From NCBI GenBank assembly GCA_031409335.1, contig JANNWY010000304.1, positions 38,056 through 102,055 on the forward strand: DNA of 64,000 bases, in the 5' to 3' direction. Positions 10,021-19,815 of this stretch are shown here, one piece after another. Positions within the stretch are counted from its first letter, which is position 1; each line of letters starts with the position of its first letter. The translations under genes were made by a program, and so were the position numbers. The stretch is from Chthoniobacteraceae bacterium (lineage in GTDB: Bacteria; Verrucomicrobiota; Verrucomicrobiia; Chthoniobacterales; Chthoniobacteraceae). The notes under the pieces are model-generated. The model was not told the origin of the DNA and did no database searches. It saw only the letters and a program-made list of their open reading frames with translations.

Positions 10021-10641
10021 ATGTCTTCGCTCATCGAGTGGCTTAACTCTTCGCAGCACTATTTCAGCCAGCGGGGCTGGGAAGGCGTCCTGTTGTTTGC
10101 CTGCGTCATTGTGCTTGTGCAAATGCTCATCGCGCCGATGTCGCCAGTCGCCGTCGCTGCGGGATTCAGCTTTGGGCTGGGTCGCGGTTGGGTTGTCATT
10201 ACGATCGGAACCGCGCTCGGTGCGGCAGTGAATTTTTTGATTTCCAGATACCTCGCGCGCGGGTTTATCGCCAGGAGACTGGCGCAGAATGACAAATTCC
10301 GACTGATCGACGCGGCGATCGGACGGGAAGGCTGGAAGATCGTGATGCTGCTTCGGTTTGTTCCCATGCCGTTCGGCCTCGCGAACTACGCCTACGGACT
10401 AACGGCGATTCGCTTCTGGCCGTATCTGCTCGCTTCAATCGTCGCCATTGTTCCAGCGAATCTCTTCCTAGTCTATCTAGGCCACACTGCCTACTCCGGG
10501 ATTGCCGTGGCGTCAGGCGCGGAACGTCCGCGTCATCCTGGCGAATATCTGCTCCTGGCTACGGGGATTGTTGCCGCGTTTTTCGCGTTGCGCCACATCA
10601 CAAAAGTGGCGAAGAGCGCCGTCCAAGGCACCGAGGCCTGA
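10021..10641 (+). CDS. TVP38/TMEM64 (DedA-superfamily, VTT domain) membrane protein
   Basis: AAGFSFG...GTALGAAVNFLISR...LLRFVPMPFGLANYAYGLT. Confidence 0.9.
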   Translation: MSSLIEWLNSSQHYFSQRGWEGVLLFACVIVLVQMLIAPMSPVAVAAGFSFGLGRGWVVITIGTALGAAVNFLISRYLARGFIARRLAQNDKFRLIDAAIGREGWKIVMLLRFVPMPFGLANYAYGLTAIRFWPYLLASIVAIVPANLFLVYLGHTAYSGIAVASGAERPRHPGEYLLLATGIVAAFFALRHITKVAKSAVQGTEA

Positions 10642-10797
10642 AACGAGTTGGTTTTTTAGTTCCGGAAAATCGGCCAGCGGGGTTTGGGACGGAAGTCTAG
10701 TTGTAGTCAGAAATTCTTTGAGAGAGAACAGGGGTTGGTTTCAAAATTTCGCGAAAGCCGCTCGCTCAGAAACACGGCGCACGCTTTTCTCAGCGCG

Positions 10798-11160
10798 ATG
10801 CATTCCTATCTTCTCGTCGCGATCGGCAGTGCGCTGGGCGGAGTCCTGCGATTCTGGCTCTCGGCAGTGATGGGGGACAAGCTCGGCGCGGTGCATCTTG
10901 GGACGGTGTTTGTGAATGTTTCAGGGTCGTTTACGATCGGCCTCCTCGCAGCGCTCGGGCCGATGCCTTTCTCGCGGCAACTCTTCATGGTCGGAGTGCT
11001 CGGCGGATACACCACGTTTTCCTCGTTCAGCCTGCAAACGCTGGAGCTGGCGCATGAAGGCCGGTGGGCAACGGCGGCGGCGAATGTGGTGCTCTCGGTG
11101 GTGCTCTCGCTCGCGGCGGTGTGGCTTGGGCATTGGTGCGGCATGGCGTGGCGGCGCTGA
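10798..11160 (+). CDS. crcB: Fluoride efflux channel FluC/CrcB
   Basis: IGSALGGVLRF, GTVFVNVSGSF, GVLGGYTTFSSFS motifs; start at ATG 10798. Confidence 0.93.
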   Translation: MHSYLLVAIGSALGGVLRFWLSAVMGDKLGAVHLGTVFVNVSGSFTIGLLAALGPMPFSRQLFMVGVLGGYTTFSSFSLQTLELAHEGRWATAAANVVLSVVLSLAAVWLGHWCGMAWRR

Positions 11161-11208
11161 AAACTCGCGGTTGCGAGCAGCTCGCAAACACGGCAGCGTG
11201 CGGCCCTC

Positions 11209-12075
11209 ATGTCGAAACTCCTGACTCTCGGCCACTCACCCGATCCCGATGATGCCTTCATGTTTTACGCGCTCGCCGAGCACAAGATCGACACGCGTGG
11301 CTGGCAGTTCGAGCACATCCTGCAGGACATCCAGACGCTGAACGAACGCGCGACGCGTGGCGAGCTGCACATCTCGGCGATCAGCATTCACGCCTACGCG
11401 CATGTGCTGGATCAATACGCGCTGCTGCCGTGCGGGGCGAGCATGGGCGATGGTTACGGGCCGATGTTTGTGGCAACGAATCGCGATGGCCTCAGCGAAA
11501 ATCCGCGTCTCGGCGAAGTTCGCGACTGGCTGCGGACAAAACGCATCGCCATCCCCGGAAAGATGACGAGCGCGTATCTGGCGATGCAGCTCGCGCTCGG
11601 CGTGTACGAAAATACGGTCGTCGTTCCGTTCGATGAAATTTTCGCGGCGGTGAAAAGCGGGCGCGCGGATGTGGGGCTCATCATTCACGAAGGGCAGCTC
11701 ACTTACGCGGACGAGAATCTCGTGTGCATCCTCGACCTCGGCGTGTGGTGGAAGATCAAGACTAGCCTGCCGCTGCCGCTCGGTGGGAACGTGATCCGCA
11801 AAGACATCGCGCCAGCGGATCGTTCGGAGATCAACGCGATCCTGCGCGAGAGCATCGAATACGGCCTGAAACATCGCGCGGCGGGAGTGGCGCATTCGAT
11901 GCCGCTCGCGCGCGGACTGGACACGGCGCTCGCGGACAAATTCATCGGGATGTACGTGAACGAACTCACGCTCGACTACGGCGACCGGGGACGCGCGGCG
12001 ATCCGGGAATTCCTCGGCATGGCGCACACCGCGGGACTGATTCCGGCACCGGTGGAGCTGGAGTTTGTCAGCTAG
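11209..12075 (+). CDS. mqnD: 1,4-dihydroxy-6-naphthoate synthase (futalosine menaquinone pathway)
   Basis: LGHSPDPDDAFMFYAL, GDGYGP, IIHEGQLTY, LPLPLGG, MYVN motifs. Confidence 0.9.
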   Translation: MSKLLTLGHSPDPDDAFMFYALAEHKIDTRGWQFEHILQDIQTLNERATRGELHISAISIHAYAHVLDQYALLPCGASMGDGYGPMFVATNRDGLSENPRLGEVRDWLRTKRIAIPGKMTSAYLAMQLALGVYENTVVVPFDEIFAAVKSGRADVGLIIHEGQLTYADENLVCILDLGVWWKIKTSLPLPLGGNVIRKDIAPADRSEINAILRESIEYGLKHRAAGVAHSMPLARGLDTALADKFIGMYVNELTLDYGDRGRAAIREFLGMAHTAGLIPAPVELEFVS

Positions 12076-13361
12076 CGCGCCGCGTTCACGACGTTCTCCG
12101 GCTGCCGTGCGCTGGCGTTTGCGGCGTCGATAAATTCGATGCGCGGCATCCATTCCGCGGTTTTCCCGGCAAAGAGCGGCGCGAGCACTTTTCGCTGAAT
12201 CGTGCTTTTCAGGCTGCTTCGATTTGCGCCTTCCGCGTGGAGCACATCACCGGTGATCGCGCCGGTGCGGTGGGCGAGTTTCACATCGATCGCAGTCCAG
12301 CGCGTGCCATCCCAGGACATGTCCGCATCGAAGCCGTCGAAGATCACGGATTTGTAGGCAAATTTCTTCAGGTTCACGTGCCCGATCGTCTGGAGCGACC
12401 GGCTTTCAGCGAGACTTCCGCGGAAAGTGAGATCGATCTCCGGCGGCATGTAAAACACGACCTCGTCGAGTTCGGGCACGCGGGCAAAACTGCGCGCCAG
12501 CGCCTGCACGTCGATCGCGGAGCGGAGTTGCAGCGAGGCAGAATCGGTTGCGACATCATAGCTGCCACTCGCCCGAATCGCGCCGCCCGCGTCGCTGGCC
12601 GAAAGTTGCCGGAGCCGCAACATGCCGTCGCGGAAACCAGCATTCACGTAAAGATTGGCGGCGCTGAAATTCTCGCGCTCCACTGTTTCCGCCCACAGCG
12701 TTCCCTCGATGAACAACTCCTCCGGTTTCGCCAAATCCCCCAGAAACCGCACGACAATCTGCGGCGGCGCACCTTTATATTTCAGCTTCTTCAACTGCGC
12801 GATCATGTCGGCGGCGAGTTGCGCACGTTCTTCCACCCGCTTCTTGTTGGTGCTGAAGCGCGGAAACTTCTGCGGATTGATCACCGTCCCGGATGCATTG
12901 ATTCGGATCCCGTAAAGCTCGGCTTCGAGGCGGCTGAGATACACTTGATCCGGCGGCAAAAGCAGCAGCCCGCTGAGACGACGAATCTCAATTTTCGGTC
13001 CATTCCGCTTCGACGAATCGAGCGGTACGTCGAGGTTCGCATCGCGCAAATCCAGCGCGTCAATAAAAGTGCGGCCTTGGAAAAGGTTCGCGTAGTTGAT
13101 CACAAGCCGCACTTCGTCCACCACGGCGATGACGCGTTTCCGATCGCGGCTGTCATAGATGCGGACCTGCTTCGCGACGATGCCGCGGAACGGTTCGAGC
13201 GTCAGTTTGCTGAGCGAAAGCTCGACGCCGCGCTTGTGAAACTCCTGCACGACGAACTTCCTCCACTTTTGCGTGAAGCCTTTGTTGCCCGCGTACCAAA
13301 ACGACGCGATGAGCCCCGCGACGAGCAGCACGGCAACGATGAGTGAAATCCGGCGTAGCAT
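12072..13361 (-). CDS. AsmA-like membrane-anchored beta-rich protein
   Basis: N-terminal TM (MLRRISLIVAVLLV) then repetitive beta-strand sequence; start chosen at 13361. Confidence 0.65.
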   Translation of the reverse strand: MLRRISLIVAVLLVAGLIASFWYAGNKGFTQKWRKFVVQEFHKRGVELSLSKLTLEPFRGIVAKQVRIYDSRDRKRVIAVVDEVRLVINYANLFQGRTFIDALDLRDANLDVPLDSSKRNGPKIEIRRLSGLLLLPPDQVYLSRLEAELYGIRINASGTVINPQKFPRFSTNKKRVEERAQLAADMIAQLKKLKYKGAPPQIVVRFLGDLAKPEELFIEGTLWAETVERENFSAANLYVNAGFRDGMLRLRQLSASDAGGAIRASGSYDVATDSASLQLRSAIDVQALARSFARVPELDEVVFYMPPEIDLTFRGSLAESRSLQTIGHVNLKKFAYKSVIFDGFDADMSWDGTRWTAIDVKLAHRTGAITGDVLHAEGANRSSLKSTIQRKVLAPLFAGKTAEWMPRIEFIDAANASARQPENVVNAAR

Positions 13362-13482
13362 TGCCCGAGAGACTTCGTGGCACGCGGCGCAGCGGTCGAG
13401 CGGTTTTTTCCGGGGGCGATTTGCAGACCGGGAAAATTGCGCGAACATCACTGGCATAACCACTGCTTCCCCTGAAGCTCCG

Positions 13483-14178
13483 ATGATAAAAGCGAACTGT
13501 CGGGACCGATTCACAGCGGCTGATTTTGACTTCGTAGTCAAAGCCCTCGCCGCCTCCGAACGAGACTCGGTATCACTCGTGGAATTGCTCACGGACGCGG
13601 AGGCGCGGGACTCGATTCTCGACCATCCGCGACTCTTCCAGACGATGATGGAAGACGGCGCGCCGCTGAGCATTTCGCCACAACTCTACTTTTACATTTT
13701 GATCAGGCATGTCTTGAAAGAGACAGGGCTGAACGATCGCACGGTGAGCGATTACGTGGCTTCGCTGCTCGAAACCTTTTCTCAGACGGCGCGGATGAAA
13801 TCGCCCGCCGATGGTCGCGCGACGCCGATCCAGTATGTGAGCGACATGCTCATCGCGTTGCAAACGGCCACCCCGACGCAATCGTTTCTGATCCGCGCGC
13901 ACGTCGGCAACTACGCGCTCTTCATCGCCGGGATTTTTCCGACCACCGTGCAGAGCCGGGCCGGGCGCGGCGCGCCGGATGTCGGCTATTACGAGAATGT
14001 CGGGAGCGCAAACTACAAGGCCGCCGCGAGCCATCGGGTCGCCCGCACCGCGTCGCTCACGGGCGTGTATGAGCAACTCGCGGAGAGTTTTCACGATGTG
14101 CGCCTCGCGCTGAACCGCCTTTCGGATTCGTTGATTCACCTCGACGCCTCGCACGCGCAGGCCGTCGATCTGCTGTGA
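13483..14178 (+). CDS. Conserved hypothetical all-helical protein
   Basis: MIKANCRDRFT...DYVASLL...GNYALFIAGIFP...YYENVGSANY; normal codon usage; 4 bp from the next gene. Confidence 0.8.
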   Translation: MIKANCRDRFTAADFDFVVKALAASERDSVSLVELLTDAEARDSILDHPRLFQTMMEDGAPLSISPQLYFYILIRHVLKETGLNDRTVSDYVASLLETFSQTARMKSPADGRATPIQYVSDMLIALQTATPTQSFLIRAHVGNYALFIAGIFPTTVQSRAGRGAPDVGYYENVGSANYKAAASHRVARTASLTGVYEQLAESFHDVRLALNRLSDSLIHLDASHAQAVDLL

Positions 14179-14182
14179 GCCG

Positions 14183-14914
14183 ATGAGCGCGACTCTTTTC
14201 AGCGAAATCCAAAAACTCTTCGAGCGCACCTACGCGCAGGTCGGGATCAATCTCGAAGACTGCCTGATCGACGGGCAGCGCTGCGCCCAGCTCAGCCGAC
14301 TCGCCGGCGCATCGGCGCGCGAACTCAGCGAACTCGCCCGCACTTTCCTCCGCCGTGCGGACGATCAGCTTTTTGTCGGCATCTACTATTCGCGCTGGCT
14401 CATCGAACAGTTGGAGCGGCACGATCCGCGAAAGGGCATCAGCGACGCAAACATCCGGCACCTCATCGCGTTCGTGGAGGAGATCAACCACGCCCTGCAC
14501 GCGGCGCTCAGTTTTCAACGCGGCGCGAGAGAGATTCACTGCGAGGATTTCGTGCGAAATCTGGAGCTTCAGTCGCAGGTCGATACCTATCTCGTGCTGC
14601 TGCTGTTCGTGAGCTTCTTTCGGAAAACGCAGAAGGTCTCGCGCACCGATCGCCGCTGGCTGCGCTTCCATCTACTTACCAGCCACGATTCCCGCGCGTA
14701 TTCCGATCCGTGTCTGCGCGGGCGTTACATGGAAACGACCGAGTTGGCAAAGAGCTACACGCTTTTCCTCGATGCGCTGAACGGTGCGCGGCGCGTGGAT
14801 GAAATCCGCATTTTCCACGCGCTCGACTACGGCGAGAAAAAACAGCGGATCCTCGCGCTGATGGATAAACCGGCAGCGCCAGAAGCGAACGCCGAAGGCC
14901 CTGGACTGCTGTGA
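14183..14914 (+). CDS. Hypothetical protein with possible metal-binding EEINH / ELQSQVD motifs
   Basis: 243 aa, operonic with the previous gene; its 3' end and stop lie inside a palindromic repeat. Confidence 0.75.
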   Translation: MSATLFSEIQKLFERTYAQVGINLEDCLIDGQRCAQLSRLAGASARELSELARTFLRRADDQLFVGIYYSRWLIEQLERHDPRKGISDANIRHLIAFVEEINHALHAALSFQRGAREIHCEDFVRNLELQSQVDTYLVLLLFVSFFRKTQKVSRTDRRWLRFHLLTSHDSRAYSDPCLRGRYMETTELAKSYTLFLDALNGARRVDEIRIFHALDYGEKKQRILALMDKPAAPEANAEGPGLL

Positions 14915-14993
14915 TTCCTTCACAGCTCTGGAGGGGACCGGTGCCGCCGAAAAGCTGTGAAGGAATCACGGTCGTCCAGAGCCTTTGGCGTTC
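14887..14993. repeat. REP/MITE-like long palindrome, family A copy 1
   Basis: GCCGAAGGC..GGACTGC.GTGATTCCTTCACAGCT ... AGCTGTGAAGGAATCAC..GTCCAGAGCCTTTGGC; arms nearly identical to the 22440-22562 copy. Confidence 0.85.
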
Positions 14994-14999
14994 ACCACA

Positions 15000-15908
15000 T
15001 TACGATTCCGGGAAATCCGCGAGCTTCTCCCAGAGTTTCCGCTCATCATCTGAGACGGATTTCGGCAGCGTGACCGCGAGCGTCACGTAAAAATCCCCAC
15101 GCGTTTCCTTGCCCGACGGCAAGCCGCGTCCTTTGAGCCGCAGCTTTTTGCCGGGCTGCGATCCCGCGGGAATTTTCACCCGCACTGAACCCTCGGGAGT
15201 CGGCACCGCGACTTCCGCGCCGAGCACAGCCTGCCAAGCGGGGAGTTCGAGTTCGTGAATCAAGTCGCTGCCTTCCACGCGAAAATCCGGATGCTGCGCG
15301 AATTTCACCCGCAGATACAAATCACCCGCCGGCCCGCGGCCCGCGGATACTCCCTGACCCGCGAGGCGAATCTTCTGACCGTCACGCACGCCTTTGGGAA
15401 TTCGCACCTCGTAGCTTTCCGCACCCGCACTCCCGCTGCGGCGAAACGAGATTTTCTTTTTCGCGCCGTGCAACGCTTCTTCGATCGTCACCAGCAGGTC
15501 CGCTTCGATGTCCTCACCGCGCATTTCCTGCTGCGGAAAACCGCCAAAGCCGGACGCCGCTCCACGTCCCCGGCTCGCGCCGAAAAACTGTTCAAAAAAG
15601 TCGCTGAAACCCGTCCCGCCAAAACTCACTCCTCCATCGCCGAATCCGCCGCGCGTGTATTGCTGTCGCGCGCCACCACGCTCCCAATCCGCGCCGAGCG
15701 TGTCGTATTTCTGCCGCTTGTCCTCATCGCCGAGGACTTCGTATGCCTCGTTGATCTCCTTAAATTTCGTCTCCGCACCCTTCTTGTCCTTCGCCACATC
15801 GGGATGATGAATCCGCGCCAGCTTGCGGAAAGCCTTGCGGATTTCATCGTGCGTGGCGGTCTTCGGGACGCCGAGCGTTGCGTAGTAATCTTTGTACTGC
15901 ACTGACAT
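15000..15908 (-). CDS. DnaJ-class (type II, CbpA-like) chaperone
   Basis: YKDYYATLGV, HPD motif, G/F-rich region, DnaJ_C domain, no zinc finger. Confidence 0.92.
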   Translation of the reverse strand: MSVQYKDYYATLGVPKTATHDEIRKAFRKLARIHHPDVAKDKKGAETKFKEINEAYEVLGDEDKRQKYDTLGADWERGGARQQYTRGGFGDGGVSFGGTGFSDFFEQFFGASRGRGAASGFGGFPQQEMRGEDIEADLLVTIEEALHGAKKKISFRRSGSAGAESYEVRIPKGVRDGQKIRLAGQGVSAGRGPAGDLYLRVKFAQHPDFRVEGSDLIHELELPAWQAVLGAEVAVPTPEGSVRVKIPAGSQPGKKLRLKGRGLPSGKETRGDFYVTLAVTLPKSVSDDERKLWEKLADFPES

Positions 15909-16027
15909 AATTTGGCCGCGAAGATAAACGCCGCCACACAAAGTGCCAGCACGCTGCTTGGCGTGTCTTGCGCGAAAATTGCGACCGTCTTGCCGAGCGA
16001 GTCCGGCGTCCCTAACATCATCCGCTC

Positions 16028-16999
16028 ATGGATTATCTCGAAAAAGCCCGGCGCGTGATCGCTCTCGAAATGAGTGAAGTGCAGCGTCTTCACTCCCGGC
16101 TCGACCAATCGTTTTCGGACGCAGTCGGGGTGATGCTTCCGTGCGTCGAGAATCGCGGGAAGATCGTGCTGTGCGGCGTCGGGAAATCGGGACACGTCGG
16201 GGACAAGATCGCGGCAACGCTGACCAGCACAGGATCTCCGGCGGTCGTGCTGAATTCGCTGAACGCGCTCCACGGCGATCTCGGCGTGGTGGCGGATGGC
16301 GATGTGGTGCTCGCTCTCAGCTATAGCGGCGAGACGGATGAACTCGTGAACATCATCCCGGCGCTCGCGCGTTTCGATGTGAAGATCATTTCGATGACGG
16401 GGAATCCGAAGTCCTTCCTCGCGCAGCAAAGTCACGTGCATCTCGATGTGAGCGTTGAGCAGGAGGCGTGTCCGCTCAATCTCGCGCCGACTTCTTCCAC
16501 GACCGTAATGCTCGTGCTCGGCGACGCGCTGGCGATGGTGCTGCTGGAGGCTCGCGGATTTACAAAAGACGATTTCGCGCGCTTTCATCCCGGCGGAAGA
16601 CTCGGGCGCACGCTGCTGCTGAAAGTTCACCAAATCATGCGCGGCCCGGAGCAGATGGCGCTCGTGAGCGGGACTCAACGCGTGCGCGAAGTTTTGCACG
16701 CGATGGCAAAGGCGCGCGCCGGAGCATCGGTGATCGTCGATGGGGCTGGAAAGCTTGAAGGCATTTTCACGCACGGAGATTTCGGGCGGCACTTCCAGAC
16801 GCACGCGGATTTGCTGGAGAAATGCGTGGGCGAATTCATGACGCGGCAGCCCATCACGATCCGTGGCGACAAACTCGCGGTGGAGGTGCTCCACATCCTG
16901 GAACGCCATCGCATCGATGATCTCGTGGTGCTCGACGAAAACGTGCGTCCCATCGGCGTCGTCGATTCGCAGGACCTCGCGCGGTTCAAATTGGTGTAG
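16028..16999 (+). CDS. kdsD: Arabinose-5-phosphate isomerase (KpsF/GutQ family; SIS + 2 CBS)
   Basis: GVGKSGHVG, HGDLG, SYSGET, EACPLNLAPTSST, FHPGGRLG. Confidence 0.92.
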   Translation: MDYLEKARRVIALEMSEVQRLHSRLDQSFSDAVGVMLPCVENRGKIVLCGVGKSGHVGDKIAATLTSTGSPAVVLNSLNALHGDLGVVADGDVVLALSYSGETDELVNIIPALARFDVKIISMTGNPKSFLAQQSHVHLDVSVEQEACPLNLAPTSSTTVMLVLGDALAMVLLEARGFTKDDFARFHPGGRLGRTLLLKVHQIMRGPEQMALVSGTQRVREVLHAMAKARAGASVIVDGAGKLEGIFTHGDFGRHFQTHADLLEKCVGEFMTRQPITIRGDKLAVEVLHILERHRIDDLVVLDENVRPIGVVDSQDLARFKLV

Positions 17000-17062
17000 C
17001 CGGGTTTGCGACTCGATCCGCGCGATACTGTGGAGGTTTTCGCGTAGCGCAACAGCCGAGAA

Positions 17063-17497
17063 TCAACTCAATCCCTTTGCGGGCTGGCTGGAAGCGAGGC
17101 GCGAATGGATTGCTGGTTTCGCCGGAACGTACGGAGCGATGAATGCCTCGTGGAACGTGTAGCTGCCTTTGAAATCGTCGAGCGAGTCTTGGTCCGTCTT
17201 TCCGAAAATGCCGGCCTCGATGAGATTAAACACCATTTCCCCGAAATCTTCGCACCGGGCGACGCCCCAGTAGGCGAACACCGTCGGCACCATCGGGCCG
17301 AATTCTTTCAGCGCGAACTGGCGCAGGCCATCGAGCAATTGCGGTCCAGAGACGTGCCCCGCGCCATCCTTGGCCTTCTTGCGCAGCTTCAGGGTGTAAT
17401 CCAAGCCATCACGAAGGAAAAAGTAGGCGTCGCGTGCGTAGCGCGGGTCTTGGGAGCGGATGGAGTCCAGTGCTTCTGCAAAATCGCGTTTCAACAT
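17063..17497 (-). CDS. PVC-restricted Minf_1886-family protein
   Basis: DPRYARDAYFFL...HVSGPQLL...EFGPM...WGV..CEDFGEMVFNLI..G...KTDQDSLDDF. Confidence 0.8.
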   Translation of the reverse strand: MLKRDFAEALDSIRSQDPRYARDAYFFLRDGLDYTLKLRKKAKDGAGHVSGPQLLDGLRQFALKEFGPMVPTVFAYWGVARCEDFGEMVFNLIEAGIFGKTDQDSLDDFKGSYTFHEAFIAPYVPAKPAIHSRLASSQPAKGLS

Positions 17498-17605
17498 TTG
17501 GTCGATTTCGGGGGAACCGGCGGCGATGGGAATTCCGCCATTGCAATTGATTCGGAACAGAGTGGAGTGATCAAAAATACCCCTCGGGAGGGGCGATTTG
17601 AAACT

Positions 17606-18493
17606 ATGCGCGTTGTCCGAAACCGTCAACAGTCGCTTGTCGCGTGCGCGCTTTTTTGCGCTGCTGCGACGAGTTTGTCCGTGCCGGTCGGGGAGGCGGA
17701 TGCGATTGCCACGGCGCTTCAGGATTTGAACTTGCGGCAGGTGGCGCTCACGGCGCAGGGCGCGGGTGCGGAGGATTGGAAAACGCTGGGTGTGGACTTC
17801 GTCGCGCTGGTGGCCAGATTTCCGGAGAGTGCTTCCATTCGCGACGCGCACGGTGGCTTTTTATGGGAAAGAAATGACCACCAAGGTGCCATGCGCGAGT
17901 GGCAGGCAGGGGAGCGCATTGAGCCGAAAAATGCGGCGGTGTTGAATCACCTGGCAGCGGCCTGCGTGGCGATGGGTGAACCGCGCGCGGGGCTGGGATA
18001 CTACCTTCGCGCGACCGATGTGGTGCCGGAGGATGCGCTCACCCATTTCAGCGCCGCGAACGTCGCCTGCCTCTTCCGCCATGATCTGGGCCGGACGGAG
18101 GAGGAATGCTTCCGGCTGGCGCTGAAGCACTTTGCCGAGGCGCATCGCCTTGCCCCGAAGAATCCCGAGTTTGCACGGGGTTATGCCGAGACCTTTTACA
18201 TCGTCCCAAATCCCGATTGGGAGACTGCGCGCATGGTTTGGACGAAATACCTTAACATCGTGCCGGAGAAGGATTTCGCGCTTCTGAATCTCGCCCGCGT
18301 GCATCTGAAGCGCGGCGATGCGGAAAATGCCCGCGCCTGCCTTTCCCGAGTGACCGGAAAGGGCAGCGAGATCCTCAAAAACCGGCTCGCCGCCCGGATC
18401 GAAGCTGAGATTTCACCCGGAAAAACGCCGAAAACCCCGGGAACCGAAAAAACGTTAAAACCAGCCATTGACGAGAACCCTGAGCGCCCCTAG
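17606..18493 (+). CDS. Secreted tetratricopeptide-repeat protein
   Basis: Signal-like N-terminus; repeated helical TPR patterns (EPKNAAVLNHLA, APKNPEFARGYA, ALLNLARVH). Confidence 0.75.
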   Translation: MRVVRNRQQSLVACALFCAAATSLSVPVGEADAIATALQDLNLRQVALTAQGAGAEDWKTLGVDFVALVARFPESASIRDAHGGFLWERNDHQGAMREWQAGERIEPKNAAVLNHLAAACVAMGEPRAGLGYYLRATDVVPEDALTHFSAANVACLFRHDLGRTEEECFRLALKHFAEAHRLAPKNPEFARGYAETFYIVPNPDWETARMVWTKYLNIVPEKDFALLNLARVHLKRGDAENARACLSRVTGKGSEILKNRLAARIEAEISPGKTPKTPGTEKTLKPAIDENPERP

Positions 18494-18496
18494 CAT
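18468..18496 (+). promoter_or_regulatory. Sigma70 promoter of rpsU
   Basis: TTGACG-17bp-TAGCAT, 60 bp upstream of rpsU. Confidence 0.65.
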
Positions 18497-18556
18497 CCGC
18501 CTCCGCTCACCAATTTTTTCATCAACCTCTAACTAGAAAGACAGGGAAAACACAAA

Positions 18557-18754
18557 ATGCCTGAAGTTATTGTCCGCAAAGGAGAACCGATCGACCGCGC
18601 GCTCAAGCGCCTCAAGTCGAAGCTCGAAACCGAGGGGATCATGGACGAAGTCCGCCGCCTCCGCGCCTTTGAGACGCCGACACAGCGCACGAAACGCAAA
18701 GCGAAAGCGAATGCGAAGCGCGCCAAGGCCAAGTTCCGGTTCAACTCACAGTAG
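18557..18754 (+). CDS. rpsU: 30S ribosomal protein S21
   Basis: VRKGEPIDRALKRLK...RRLRAFETPTQRTKRK. Confidence 0.93.
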   Translation: MPEVIVRKGEPIDRALKRLKSKLETEGIMDEVRRLRAFETPTQRTKRKAKANAKRAKAKFRFNSQ

Positions 18755-18785
18755 CCCGGGTTCATCCGATAGTCCGAAGATTTAC

Positions 18786-18823
18786 ACAGCCCGCCGATGA
18801 AAGTCGGCGGGCTGTTTGTTTTT
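18786..18823 (+). terminator. Rho-independent terminator after rpsU
   Basis: ACAGCCCGCCGA-TGAAAG-TCGGCGGGCTGT + TTGTTTTT. Confidence 0.85.
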
Positions 18824-18884
18824 CCCGGTTTGTTCTTCCCGAATGGACGGCGGTGCTGGGGCGGCAGGCTGCCCCATCCGACGC

Positions 18885-19727
18885 CTACTGCCGATGCTCG
18901 GGAAAATCCTTTGCGTATCGGGCGAGGAGCGCGTTGGGGTCGGCAGGAAGGAGATACATTTTGCCGCGAATCTGTTTCTCTTCGCCAGCGGCGAGACCGC
19001 CGATGCGGAAGTCGGAGTGAACGCAGCGGGCGACGCCTTGGAAGAGTTCCTGGTAGGGCTGCCAAGCGCTGGCAAAGAGCAGTTTTTCATCCGCACTGAA
19101 GCAGCCGATCAGACCGTGACTAGGAATCAGTGCGCTGAGCGGACGCGGGTTGACGTCGGTGCGCGGCACGTCTTTCGGGCACCAGACCTGGCCGGGAGTG
19201 TAGCGCGCTTTTTTGGCCCACTCGGCGGTCGGCATGCGCGTGAGTTTTCCGTCGAGAAAGACAAAGCATCTCCCAAGGTAGTCGGTGGCGTTGCCCGCCG
19301 TCTTTTCATCAAAGCCGGTGAACGCGCTGACGCGAACACACGGTTGGGCCCAGTGGGCTTCGGAGGTTTTATTGGTGGGATTGCGCGCGGTGAGTTGGAA
19401 ATCCACCTCGTCGGTGCCGGCGGTGATCGTGTGCTCGACAATGACGCCGTCGGCAAGGGTGTCGCGGAGGCGCATGATCCTTTTGTCGTCGCTGACGGAA
19501 ATGAGCTCGGACTTGTGCGGGATGACGGTGTGCGTGCCCCAGTCCGCATCGGTGGAGCCGGCGCGACAGTAGGCTTCGAGGTAGTTGGTGCGGAGTTCGC
19601 CGCCGGGGATTTGCGGGCCGCGGACGATGAGCCAGTGGCCTTCGCGGGCGAGGGTGAGCTGCGCGCTGGCAGGACGCGGCAGCATTCCAAAAAGGACGGC
19701 GAGCACGGGGAGGAAAAGCGTTTTCAT
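18885..19727 (-). CDS. Secreted hypothetical protein
   Basis: Signal peptide MKTLFLPVLAVLFG..ASAQ; YLEAYCR, ELFQGV..CVHSDFRIGGL. Confidence 0.75.
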   Translation of the reverse strand: MKTLFLPVLAVLFGMLPRPASAQLTLAREGHWLIVRGPQIPGGELRTNYLEAYCRAGSTDADWGTHTVIPHKSELISVSDDKRIMRLRDTLADGVIVEHTITAGTDEVDFQLTARNPTNKTSEAHWAQPCVRVSAFTGFDEKTAGNATDYLGRCFVFLDGKLTRMPTAEWAKKARYTPGQVWCPKDVPRTDVNPRPLSALIPSHGLIGCFSADEKLLFASAWQPYQELFQGVARCVHSDFRIGGLAAGEEKQIRGKMYLLPADPNALLARYAKDFPEHRQ

Positions 19728-19815
19728 GTGGGGCGAAGATGGTGAAACGCAGGCAGCGAGTCGAGTCAGCGATAATCGCTTGGCAGCCCTGCGTTTTGCC
19801 GCCACTTTCCGCGTC

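Noticed and set aside
10642..10797. Fluoride riboswitch upstream of crcB
   Set aside because: The GGCGATGG...TGA..CCTAC consensus is not visible
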